In this document: in pieces, positions 24,495 through 36,009 of the stretch | Numbering within the stretch: position 1 is the first letter of the stretch | Layout of the letters: each line of letters starts with the position of its first letter | Source: Macrostomum hystrix | Lineage: Eukaryota; Animalia; Platyhelminthes | Length of the DNA stretch: 64,000 nt | Direction: 5' to 3' | NCBI GenBank assembly: GCA_950097015.1 | Contig: CATNEN010000025.1 | Span: 9,610,001-9,674,000 of the forward strand | The notes under the pieces: model-generated | Told to the model about the DNA's origin: nothing | Databases searched by the model: none | What the model saw: the letters and a program-made list of their open reading frames with translations, nothing else | Program-made: the position numbers and the translations under genes

Positions 24495-25615
24495 CGACCA
24501 GCCATAATCTCCTCTGACCCGCCCTAAAACCACATCTGACCCTGCTAGAACCTCCGTCTGACCATTAGTCAAGGCTAAACCTCCCAAGAATTTCGTCTGA
24601 CCCACCATAGAATCTCCTCTCTGACCCACCCTAGAATCTCCTCTCTGACCCACCCTAGAATCTCCTCTCTGACCCACCCTAGAATCTCCCCTCTGACCCA
24701 CCCTAGAATATTCTCACTGACCCACCCTAGAATCTCCTCTCTGACCCACCCAAGAATCTCCTCACTGACCCACCCTAGAATCTCCTCTCTGACCCACCCT
24801 AGAATCTCCTCTCTGACCCACCATAGAATCTCCTCTCTGACCCACCCTAGAATCTCCTCTCTGACCCACCCTAGAATCTCCTCTCTGAACCACCCTAGAA
24901 TCTCCCCTCTGACCCACCCTAGAATCTCCTCTCTGACCCACCCAAGAATCTCCTCACTGACCCACCCTAGAATCTCCTCTCTGACCCACCATAGAATCTC
25001 CTCTCTGAAACCACCCTAGAATCTCCTCTCTGAACCACCCTAGAATCTCCTCTCTGACCCGCCCTAAAACCACATCTGACCCTGCTAGAACCTCCGTCTG
25101 ACCATTAGTCAAGGCTAAACCTCCCAAGAATTTCGTCTGACCCACCCTAGAATCTCCTCTCTGACCCACCCTAGAATCTCCTCTCTGACCCACCCTAGAA
25201 TCTCCTCTCTGACCCACCCTAGAATCTCCCCTCTGACCCACCCTAGAATATTCTCACTGACCCACCCTAGAATCTCCTCTCTGACCCACCCAAGAATCTC
25301 CTCACTGACCCACCCTAGAATGTCCTCTCTGACCCACCCTAGAATCTCCTCTCTGACCCACCATAGAATCTCCTCTCTGACCCACCCTAGAATCTCCTCT
25401 CTGACCCACCCTAGAATCTCCTCTCTGACCCACCCTAGAATCTCCCCTCTGACCCACCCTAGAATATTCTCACTGACCCACCCTAGAATCTCCTCTCTGA
25501 CCCACCCAAGAATCTCCTCACTGACCCACCCTAGAATCTCCTCTCTGACCCACCCTAGAATCTCCTCTCTGACCCAATCTAGAATCTCCTCTCTGACCCA
25601 CCCTAGAATCTGACC
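24495..25615. repeat. 24-bp minisatellite (CTGACCCACCCTAGAATCTCCTCT) with an internal 540-bp duplication
   Basis: The non-repetitive insert GCCCTAAAAC... occurs at 24521 and 25061. Confidence 0.95.
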
Positions 25616-26231
25616 CAGCCTTGACTGTGACCTTGCTGCCTTAAGCTGTTATTTTAGATTTTAGAATACATAAGCTGTTATCAACCCCCACGCGCGCGCA
25701 CATGATGCCTCATCCGAGTAAACTGTGTTTTTAACAATTAAGCTCGAAAGCTAACAAGTTTGAATAAGGCTTATAAGATTCGCAGCGAAAGAAATTACCT
25801 GCTCCTAAAAATTGTACGGACGAAATATGGAACTTCACCCTGTTTAATATTTTTAGCAGAAAAACTGGACAGCACATTTTATAGGGCTAATCGATGCTAA
25901 CAAAGCTTTGTATTTTAGATTAGGTTTAGTTTAGTTATAAACGTTTTTGGAAATAATGGGTATCGACCTTTTAAAGTAGAGTTCTATATACAAATAAAAT
26001 TGCCACATTTTATAAGCAATTGCAATAATTTAAGAATGTACTTTTCACAGCTGAACTGTTTCTACCAGATAGCAGTGACTCACAACTGCGCGTGTTGTTT
26101 CGTTTTTTGCTCAGCAAATTAACTTTTTCTATATAGGTTAGGCTTTATCAAAGTGACTCCTGCCTCGATTATATATAGGCTTGGGCCTGCAACGATTCAA
26201 ACTAAATTTCCTCCTTCGATTCTGTTTGCAT

Positions 26232-26690
26232 TTCCAGCTGCGATTCATTAGACATTTCCCGCTGCTATTCCTTTGAAATTTCCCGCTGCGATTCCTTTGA
26301 AATTTCCAGCTGCGATTCCTTTGATATTTCCAGCTGCGATTCCTTTGATATTTCCTGCTCCGATTCCTTTGATATTTCGAGCTGCGATTCCTTTGATATT
26401 TCCTGCTCCGATTCCTTTAATATTTCCAGCTACAATTTCTTTGATATTTCCTGCTCCGATTCCTTTGATATCTCCAGCTGCGATTCCTTTGATATTTCCT
26501 GCTCCGATTCCTTTGATATCTCCAGCTGCGATTCCTTTGATATTTCCTGCTCCGATTCCTTTGATATCTCCAGCTGCGATTCCTTTGATATCTCCAGCTG
26601 CGTTTCCTTCGATATTTCCAGCTGCGATTCCTTTGATATTTCCAGCTGCGATTCCTTTGATATTTTCAGCTGCGATTCCTTTCTCAGCTT
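26232..26690. repeat. 24-bp minisatellite (CCAGCTGCGATTCCTTTGATATTT)
   Basis: Repeat translation FPAAIPLI = 24 nt. Confidence 0.93.
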
Positions 26691-27996
26691 TGATTCCAAT
26701 TTTATATCTAGCGTCGATTCCACTTGGTTTTCCAGCTTCGATTCCGCTTAGATTTTTTGCTCTGATTTCGTCAATATTTCTAACCAGGAGTTAATTTTTA
26801 GTTTCATCTACATCCCATTCGCATTTCCTGCTTATCTCGCTATGCATTTAACAATTCGGTCCAGTTCTTAGACACATTGAAATGCATTGAATCGCACACA
26901 ACATGCATGGACATGTACAGGCAGATCGAGTTGGCATATAAAGTACGCCTGTTTTTTTACTTCGTTTTTTTATCGACCAGTGAATAAGATGGAAATATTC
27001 CTAATTATCCAATAAAAGGTACAAGAGTCGTTTTGACGAAATAACTAATTATAGGCTTAGTCTACTGTTACCCTATGGCAAACAATAGCAATATTGTGCA
27101 ATTTTTGCATAACTTTACGTCATGCATGTCTATTTAGAATACTTGTGTATTATGTTAATCATAATTTGGTACCTTATTAATTTAGCCTTTTTCTTAATGC
27201 GTACACTAGAAAATATTCGACCGAAACTTGTACAGAAACAGCGGATAGAGATTATGGAAAGTCAAGGCTCCATGTCTTGTTTGCTTGTACGCTTGCACAG
27301 TTACGCCAGTTACAGAACTCAAGCCTGTCAGTACATCTTTGTATCCATGCATGCATGCGTACAAATTGGTTTCGGTTTCTACAGTACATGAATACTAAAA
27401 AACTACATGCTGGTACTGGTTGGTACCTTATTAGAATGCCATTATGCTATGAATGCTTTTTCCGACCTCCTCAAAACCATAAAGCTATCTCGTGAAGGGA
27501 CAGGAAAAAATGCAAAGAATAAAGCGTCATCAATGCAAACGTACTAAACTCAGGTTATTAACTGTGCGCACATCAAAAGAATGATATACTATAAGCGGGG
27601 CCGCTCCTCTGTAATGGACCCCGCTGCTAAAAAAACTGCTTTACAGAAGAACCTTATGCGGGCATAGAGAAATGTGTACGCGTGCGTCCAGGGAGGTAGG
27701 GGTTGTCGCGCAGGGCATCCAGCGAATCGCAGAATTTACAGAGCTCACGTGACTGCCATATATCCGCATGGTGAAAATATACACTATAGGCCAGTCTATG
27801 GCCGCGGGCTAGCCGGCCCCAGCTCATGCGTTTATTATGCGCCTAGCCAGGGTGCCCTCATGGTGAGGTGAGCTGGGCTAGCCGATCGCAGCTCATGAGC
27901 CCAGCCCATGGGCCCAGGGTGCGCTCCTGGTGTGGGCCTCGGATATGGGATAGGAAGGTGACGGGGGGGAGGAGGAGGGGGAGAGGTTGCCCATGA

Positions 27997-28250
27997 GGGC
28001 GGATAGCTCAGTCAGTAAGGTGTCGGACTCTGGATCAGATGGTCCTGGGTTCGACTCCCGACCTAGTCTAGAACTATTCGTGCAGCCCTTGGCAAGCTGC
28101 TTTGCCCTGATGTGCACACAGTCTACTCAGCTGCAGATGAGTACCGACATTTCGTCGGGTAATAATAATTCTGGCTGGCGTGGAATAAAGCAGTTCTGTG
28201 CGGCAATTCTGTGGGGTTCGGATGCTGCCGATATGTTTGGAAAAATAAAT
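27997..28250 (+). mobile_element. tRNA-derived SINE (family B) with CORE-like central domain
   Basis: A-box TAGCTCAGTCAG, anticodon-loop-like CTCTGGA, B-box GGTTCGACTCC; then CCCTTGGCAAGCTGCTTTGCCC...GTCTACTCAGCTGCAGATGAGTACC resembling the CORE-SINE domain; A-rich end. Confidence 0.75.
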
Positions 28251-28273
28251 TCTTTAAGAGTTTTCTTAATTTA

Positions 28274-29232
28274 AGAGTTTTTCAAAACATATAGGCTATC
28301 CTACTGTATGTGATTCCTTTGGTGCTTCGAATGTACTGTATAGTGCTGATATTGATGTAAATCAGCGTAAAACCGCTTTTTTCTTACTCAGCCGGATTAA
28401 GAAATGAGTAGGCTTATATGATGTTCTTGTTGTTCTGCAAAACATATAATCATTAATTTAAATAAAAAATGAGTCGAACCAACGACCCGCAGTTATCAGG
28501 CTGACGTGCTACCAGTTTCACCACTTGACATTGCCCATATACAACGAAGAATTACTATTTATTAGTATATTCTTTCGTTCGAATACTTTTTCAGAGTTTT
28601 TCAAAACATATAGGCTATTCTACTGTATGTGATTCCTTTGGTGCTTCGAGTGTACTGTATAGTGCTGATATTGATGTAAATCAGCGTAAAACCGCTTTTT
28701 TTCTTACTCAGCCGGATTAAGAAATGAGTAGGCTTATATGATGTTCTTGTTGTTCTGCAAAACATATAATCATTAATTTAAATAAAAAATGAGTCGAACC
28801 AACGACCCACAGTTGTCAGGCTGACGTGCTACCAGTTAAACCACTTGACATTGCCAGTTTACAACGAAGAATTACTATTTATAAGTATATTCTTTCGTTC
28901 GAATACTTTTTCAGAGTTTTTCAAAACATATAGGCTATCCTACTGTATGTGATTCCTTTGGTGCTTCGAGTGTACTGTATAGTGCTGATATTTATGTAAA
29001 TCAGCGTAAAACCGCTTTTTTTCTTACTCAGCCAGATTAAGAAATGAGTAGGCTTATATGATGTTCTTGTTGTTCTGCAAAACATATAATCATTAATTTA
29101 AATAAAAAATGAGTCGAACCAACGACCCGCAGTTATCAGGCTGACGTGCTACCAGTTTCACCACATGACATTGGCCAAATACAACGAAGAATTACTATTT
29201 ATTAGTATATATTCTTTCGTTCGAATACTTTT
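28274..29232. repeat. Three tandem ~320-bp units, each with a minus-strand tRNA-like fragment
   Basis: AGAGTTTTTCAAAAC at 28274, 28593 and 28913; minus-strand GTGGTGAAACTGGTAGCACGTCAGCCTGATAACTGCGGGTCGTTGGTTCGACTC in each unit (first and third identical, second slightly diverged). Confidence 0.9.
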
Positions 29233-31209
29233 TTGGCTGCAGGCTGCAGCTTGTGCTTTCTTATTTTAAGCAATGGCCATCGTAGCGATCAAATTCGCAA
29301 CGCAATATTAGCAACGCAAGCAAATATATCGCGAGCTAGCGAATCGCTCCATTATCTAACGACGGGTCCAGCAGGTCCCCAAATTTTATCTGCAAAGCTT
29401 CAAAAACCAAAAGGGTGAACGTCAATATTACAAATTTATTACAAACTCAGCAAAAGTCAAAATTATTAGCACCCGTAACGAAAGTCATCGATTTATCGTT
29501 GCACCAAACATTCTACTTATTTTTGTCATTGCATGTAATCCATAAAGTTTTAAATAAAGACCAGCAAGGCAAAAATCATTATTTTTAAAGCATAAAAGTA
29601 ACTTAAAAGAAAGGTTGAAGCGAAAATAGTTCGCTAAAAGATTTTTTTAAACACATACTGCATAAAAACGGCAAAACAGCGTTTAAATTTTGTAGGGTAC
29701 GAAGTGCAATGCCTCACACCAGTATCTAAATGTTTTACTTTGTTTAGAGTTACATAAAGTTTCCGGAACATTTAACCTTTTCGACAGAAATCAACATGAT
29801 AAATAATCGACCAATTTATAAATCTAATTGATGCAAAGTCATTGCATTCTGTTGCAAAAGCAGTATAATCGCACGAGTTCAACCTACTGAAACATCGATT
29901 TAGTTAATTCATCTACAAATATTATATATTTTTAATAAAAGTGTCTGAGCTTTCGTGTTCTGCTACAAAGTAGGGAAACCGTAAGAATTTCTGGTATATT
30001 AGGTCTTAATTTAATAATTCTCGAAAAACCAAGGTATTCCAAATAATTAGCTACGAAACACATTATTTTCCTTTCTTGAAGATCGGCTCGATATTACCCG
30101 CAACTTACGTATGTAAACCGTAACGTACTCGTAGCGTTTGAGTTTAAAAAAACAAAATCGTAATAAAGGTATAGGCTACTTAATACTGCTTTGAAAAAAC
30201 AAATAATTATGTTCTTAGACATATACATAAAGAAGGCTCTGCAGATTTTTTTGGCGCGGTTTAAATAATTTCAGATGCATGTTCGTCGGAGTTGTCCGCC
30301 ATGTTGTTTTTAGCTTTTTCAAATTTTTATTTTGAACTGAATTTTAATTAATTTAGTAATTTAATTTTCTCTTTGAATTCAACTGAAAGTGAAAGACAGG
30401 TAAATCGGGACAAAAAAGTACAAGATTGTACCAATTGCAATCATTCCACATTACTGTTACTTTTTCTAGATTATTGCCACTTTGGTAGCTAATTTCGTTC
30501 TTCGTAAATCGTAATTAAGGTTAAAAACAAAAATATTTGTATTGTTTACTTCACTCTTCACTTAGTTTTGGACAAATCAGAGTCATTTGCACAAGGTAAT
30601 TAAAAACTCGATAAATGTCTAAACAATGTCAGTTGGAAAATAACATATGTCGCTATATGGCAAAATTACATGGTTAATATGATGTAATATAACACTCTAG
30701 ATAGCTAGTATTGAATAGGAAATATTATCTGACTATCTTTGGCAGGTTAGAAACTAGTTAACTCGGCAGTAAACCAGTACTATAGCTAGTGCCTATAAGC
30801 ATTTACTCATATTTAGTTAACATTGAAGATGGGTTAATCCAAAATTTTGTTAGAGGTTGTGCCAGTGTGTATTAAATTAGAAACAGTTGTCCGACTATAA
30901 TATTCACTTTTATTTATTAAGTTCTGCTGCTAGTTTCTTTGCATTTCTTGCTTAACAGTGTACCAAGCTCTGCAACTTTTTATGAAGCAACAGTCACTAA
31001 TTTCATTTGGTCTTTAGACCTAGCCTCCTAGCCTACTTCCAGAGTCAAAAAGGTGGCTCTGTGTGCCAGAAAGAAATTATAAACAATGTAATAAGTGACA
31101 TGCACCACCAATATAAGTAACTTTAACATTGAGTCAAGTAGGCTTTGGTAAATAGTAAATAAAGTAAATAGTTAATAGGGCAAGATCTCAAAAAAACTAA
31201 TGCATACTC

Positions 31210-31643
31210 GGCAATGTTTTACTTCCGTTCGTTATATTATTTTTTCGTTTGAATTGACATGGCTTTGCCGTGACTTGACACTTGGATCTATGTCTATGGC
31301 AAAATCTGGCAAATATGGGGGAACAGGAAGCTTAGGCACAGAAATTCTGCAGCTGAAGATTTTGTGAAGGCCAAGCTGCGTCAAATGCATGGCACGAATG
31401 CTGCTCTATTCGAAAGCCACCTCAAAGAATTCTTATGGCACTGTCTATACCCCAAGAATAGCTTCGGTGCCCTCCTCTACTGGATTAGGCACTTACCCGG
31501 TTTGAAAGAAGAAAGACTGACCAAGACTTTTCAGAACTGTCTGATCAAACTACAGACTTATTGTTACCGTTAAACTTGTTTTTGTCGTTATCTGTCATTT
31601 GCAAATGAAAAAATAATATAACGAACGGAAGTAGAACATTGCC
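31210..31643 (+). mobile_element. Merlin (IS1595/ISXO2-like) non-autonomous element, copy 2, 434 bp
   Basis: ~42-bp TIRs starting GGCAATG (2 mismatches); perfect 8-bp TSD GCATACTC on both sides; internal KAKLRQMHGTNAALFESHLKEFLW remnant. Confidence 0.9.
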
Positions 31644-32249
31644 GCATACTCTTTGCACATAAAGGCTTCTTTCCAGTGGACCTTGAACTTAAGATCAATA
31701 TTTATATCGTAAATAGTGAAATTGAAATCTTGAAATCAATCACTTGAGAAGGTATTCGACTGAGATTAGTGGCAATCCATTGGAGGATTAGAGAAGTCCA
31801 TGCTGGTATCAGTATCAGACAGGCTGATCATCTAGGCAGAATAGCTGCAGCTGGACACTGCAGCATGACAGTCTGGCCCTGGCAAAGCTGAGCAAACTGC
31901 CACCCCAAGTCTGCCAATCTTTGTCACATTCCATGGAGTCCATGGGTGGCAGTAATGTGTTAATTTGTGAGAGTGAGAAAAAGGGATTTGTGTGCAAATT
32001 TTTAAGTAAATGTTCAATTCTTTATATTCAAGCAAGTGTATAGAAATGACGCCCAAGTGCAGGTCAGCAATCTCCACAGACTGTAGTTACATGGCCACAA
32101 TACTTGTGGGAATATATGTTGAATATAAGTGCTATGATTTCATTATAGAATATATAAAACTTTATAGTATTAAATAGAAAACAGTTGTCTGTCTACAATA
32201 TTAAATACTGTAAACCAATGATTATAAATTACTTTCTCATTTCCAGACA

Positions 32250-33534
32250 ATGTATCGCGGCATCGAACTGAAGCGTGTTGTCAAAGCTACACTGCAAACT
32301 GGCTGTCGTGGGCGACCCAGAAAGATTAAGACAATCATTAGCGGCCGAAATCGAGGCTCAACATCTCGGCGTCCTGTGTCTGAAACTACTCCTGTTCCAG
32401 TGGAAGCTAGCACCGAGAATGATGTCGGTATGCCTGAGTCTTTTGCTCCTACAGTAGAAGATGTTGAATGGGTAGATTTTGACAGCTTTGCTGAGAAATA
32501 CAGAGGTAGTTACGAGAAGCATTTTCTCTTAAATCTGTGTTCCTCTTGCTATGAGCACGAAGGTGTATATCGATGTGTTACTTGTCGACTTAGCTTATGT
32601 GCCAGCTGTAAGAATGAGACGCATAAAAAGTTTTCAGCCCACAAGTTTCTCATATGGAATAAGGAGAGTCTAATGTTTCAGGAACTGGATGCTACTCACG
32701 ATGCTTTTGAAATGTTTTGCTGCGCTTCTAGTAAATTGAATCTGAATGTCTGTGCGGCTACAAAAGTTGACCTTATAGATCTGGCTGGAAGCGTAAAGGT
32801 CATTTTTATTACCTGCGACTCCTGTGATCTTATTGGTGCACTCCTTTCTCAAGGGTTCTTCCCTTGTTGCGAAGGGTCAAAGCCTGATTCAGATGGGTAT
32901 GCATTCTTTTCTTTTACCTTTTTGTCCCTGCTAGACAGTTTGTGTATGACTGGGCAGTTGCCTGTTCACAGAGCGGTCAGTACACTGCTCATTGGGCCAA
33001 CTCTGGGACAAGGTACATATAATTTGGCTCTTGTAAAAAGCACTTATCAACGCATTCAACGACATGATGTTTTGCTGCGGTTTCGCCACCTGCAAATGGC
33101 CTCAGCAAAATGGCCAAATAATTGTCTTCTCTGTCCAGATAATCACGCTGTGCGCAAAACTGTTGTCTGTGCAGATGCTCTATTTGGTTGGCAGCGCTTT
33201 AAAGCCAGGGGGCGTACACAACTGGAAATACCATCAGATGGTCGTCCATTACCTACGCCGCTTGTCTATGTAGATATTAAAGCGGATGTGCCAAAAAATC
33301 GAGCAGAGGAACAGAATTGTCCTAATTGGAAGGCCGGTGCTCATGAACCATTAAGCCGTGAGCAGAGACATGATGTCACGGGTTTCTTTGGATTATTCTG
33401 TCGTCACAATCGCCTTTTGTGTGGCTCAAATATCACAACTGGTGGAGAAAAGTTTTGCTACCTGGAACAGTGCCTTGAACACTTTCTGCGAAACGTCAAA
33501 GTGTCTAAGGAATTACTTGTCGTATATGACGTGG
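32250..33534 (+). CDS. KDZ (Kyakuja-Dileera-Zisupton) transposase exon 1: AT-hook-like motif, CxC-type cysteine cluster, start of catalytic domain
   Basis: GRGRP-like CRGRPRK; CSSC..RCVTCRLSLCASC..H..H..W; LLSQGFFP; CLLCP..DALF; DVTG..CRH..GEK..Y; ends YDV+G at donor G|GTAAGT (phase 1). Confidence 0.82.
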
Positions 33535-33636
33535 GTAAGTTTATTATTATTTTATAAAATGCATACAATCTATGAAATACTGTTGCTTGTGTACAGTTAT
33601 ATGACAACATGACTTACTCTTTATCCCAATTCACAG

Positions 33637-34697
33637 GCTGTCGCGTATCCAGCCGGGTTAAATCCGCTATTGCGAAGTCTGGTGCCAACATTCAAGCGAG
33701 TAGCTGTGCAATAAACGCTTTTCATGCTCTTGGTCACCTGCCCAGTTGTCAAAAAAAGTTTTCTGTTCGCGTTACTCCAGGCGCAGGTCTATGCGATGGA
33801 GAGAATACTGAGCGAGCCTGGTCTCAACTCAGGCCGTTCGGTAAGTTTTTAAAGTACATGCGGAAAGACCGACGAGCACAATACATGGCGCATATTCTAT
33901 ACTTCTTTAATGCACAACAGCTTCTTAGCGCTTCTGGGTGGTTTACACAACGTATTAAGCTTATGGTAGGTGCGGGAAAAAGCATTCTAAGTGAACTAAA
34001 AGAGCTACAAAGCCAGTCTGCGATTTTGCAGCACTCGGGGGTCCGAAATGACAGTCTGGTCATCTCTGAGGATGAAATTTTGGATTTAGGCTCCCAATGG
34101 TATGAAGATTCCCTCCGAGTAGCTGTACACAACTCGGAAGATGATATCCTATGTGAGCTACGCGCTCTTGCAGTGCACAGAGATCATTGGAGTAAACAGG
34201 TTGGTAAGTCAGTTGGCCAAAGTCAAACCAGAATGTGCTTGCGAAAGGTTAAAAGTTATGCATCCGACATGAAAAAACTCTACGCTCGTCTTCCAATTGA
34301 AGACAGAGCTTCTTTCGATGAATATAAAAAACCGCGTAGTGCGAAATATGAACATTTGTCTGGAACCGACCTTTCCATCCGATTTCGTCAGCGGGCTATA
34401 GACGTCAGTAACAAATATAAACGCCTAAAAGAAGAAGCGCATATTATTTCAGATGAGTGGGTTGACCTTCAGGTTAATTTGCAGAGCCTCTGTGATGACT
34501 TAGCGAATCAGCCGGGCTTAGCCGCTCAATTTCGGGAATTGTTTAGAAGACTGCTTGAAGATGTTGCAAGTAAAAGCGTGACTGATGCTGTAAAATATCT
34601 TCTTGCGAATAAATTCTCCCTCAGCACACTGAGTCAGAGCGCTAATGAAGCGGTTGCTTCAGAAGATTCGGAGTCTTCTGATAGCGACTCCGATTAA
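33637..34697 (+). CDS. KDZ transposase exon 2 (protein 781 aa after removal of a 102-nt intron)
   Basis: Acceptor TTCACAG|GC restores YDVGC; AFHALGHLPSCQKKF...GAGLCDGENTERAWSQL..K.M..R matches the KDZ FH..GH...CQ / DGE..ER.WS motifs; no stops. Confidence 0.85.
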
Positions 34698-34769
34698 GTA
34701 TCCAACCAGTGTACTGATGATTCCACCGTTACTTGTGTTTTTAATTGAAGTCAAGCGCTGCCTTGTAAA

Positions 34770-35444
34770 GTCACTCTGCACCTACTTTTGTGTGGGTGCT
34801 GTGAAGCGTTAAGTTTAAGATCGCTAAAATTAATACCATTAAGCCCAAAATTTGGACACATTTCTTTCAACTAGCAAATTTTTTGCAGGTCACTTTGCAC
34901 ATGCAATACAATGTGCTGTGAAGCGTTAAGTTTAAGAACGCTAAAATTAATACCAGTAAGCCCAAAGTTTGGACACATATTTCTTTCAACTAGCAAAATA
35001 TTTACAGGTCACTTTGCACATGCAATTCAATGTGCTGTGAAGCGCTACATTTTAAAGCGCTATGAGCCCATGTGTCAGCCTTCTCGCGGCGGACTCGTTG
35101 AGCGCGAATAAAATCTGCTAATTACCGTGCGCTGCCAATCTTACCGTGCATGTTTGCACTATCCAGCGGACTGGCAGTGTACTTACGTTAGCTGTTTTTA
35201 TTCGTGGGACTAATGACACTATTAAATTCGTTCATTTATCAGCTTTTCCGTTCAATTCCGTTTTATTATTATTATATAGCTCACAGTTTCATTGTCTGTC
35301 AAATAAATGGAGGGGCTCCTAAACAGTGTTTCTCGTTCTTATTTTTTCATTGCTTGCCGTGCCTGATAAACATGTTTTCCTTTTTTAGCATTTACATACT
35401 TGCGCCTATATACGTCACCGATTTCAGCGAAACGCAGGCAACTT
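34770..35444 (+). repeat. Direct repeat R1 (includes an extra copy of a ~117-bp subunit)
   Basis: Starts GTCACTCTGCACCTACTTTTGTGTGGGTG; near identical to R2 and R3; AATAAA at 35107. Confidence 0.95.
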
Positions 35445-35495
35445 AAATAAACTCTTTAAAAAATCAAAATTCAGATTTCAAATTCAAAAGACAGC

Positions 35496-35899
35496 ATGCC
35501 CACTGATAAGCTCGATTGTCCGTTATGTCTTCCTGGTTTATCTGCCTATTCGGCCAGACCTGACAGGCTCGCTCTGCATATTGAAACGCATCATCCAAAC
35601 GCGAAAGGGAAGACGGAATGCATCATTCAATATCTACGTTGGTCGAAGAAGGCCGATGCAAAATTGTGCCAGCTATGCGATACATTCTATGTACATTTGC
35701 GGCAGCACTATAAGCTGATTCACACCATCGAATTCCGGCGACTTAACACTTTGCTGACAGGTCAACCAGCCATGCGACTCGCGCGAAAGCGTGGTGTTAA
35801 ACGTTTTGGTGAAATATTCTGGTGGTTTACTTCCAATCAGCCGTTGCCAAACTATCCGTCCTCAGATGGCGACTGTGTTGGAAAGCTGGAAGAACAAAG
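35496..35899 (+). CDS. Zinc-finger/SET-domain gene exon 1 (two C2H2-like fingers)
   Basis: CPLC...LALHIETHHP and LCQLC...HLRQHYKLIH; donor AAG|GTAATT, phase 2. Confidence 0.75.
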
Positions 35900-36009
35900 G
35901 TAATTAATTTGTGAAGGGCATGTCACGATCTCATTTAAAGCTTAGTTACGTAAAATGCAAACTGCCTGTGCCATCTGTATTTTCTAAGTCTTGTCAACAC
36001 TTCCCACAG

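Noticed and set aside
27997-28070. Functional tRNA-Gln gene
   Set aside because: Acceptor and anticodon stems pair poorly and a SINE body follows, so it is treated as a SINE head.
35171-35200. TGGCAGTGTACTTACGTTAGCTG in R resembles miR-34
   Set aside because: Only the seed and a short 3' part match, with an insertion, and no convincing precursor hairpin forms with the downstream arm.
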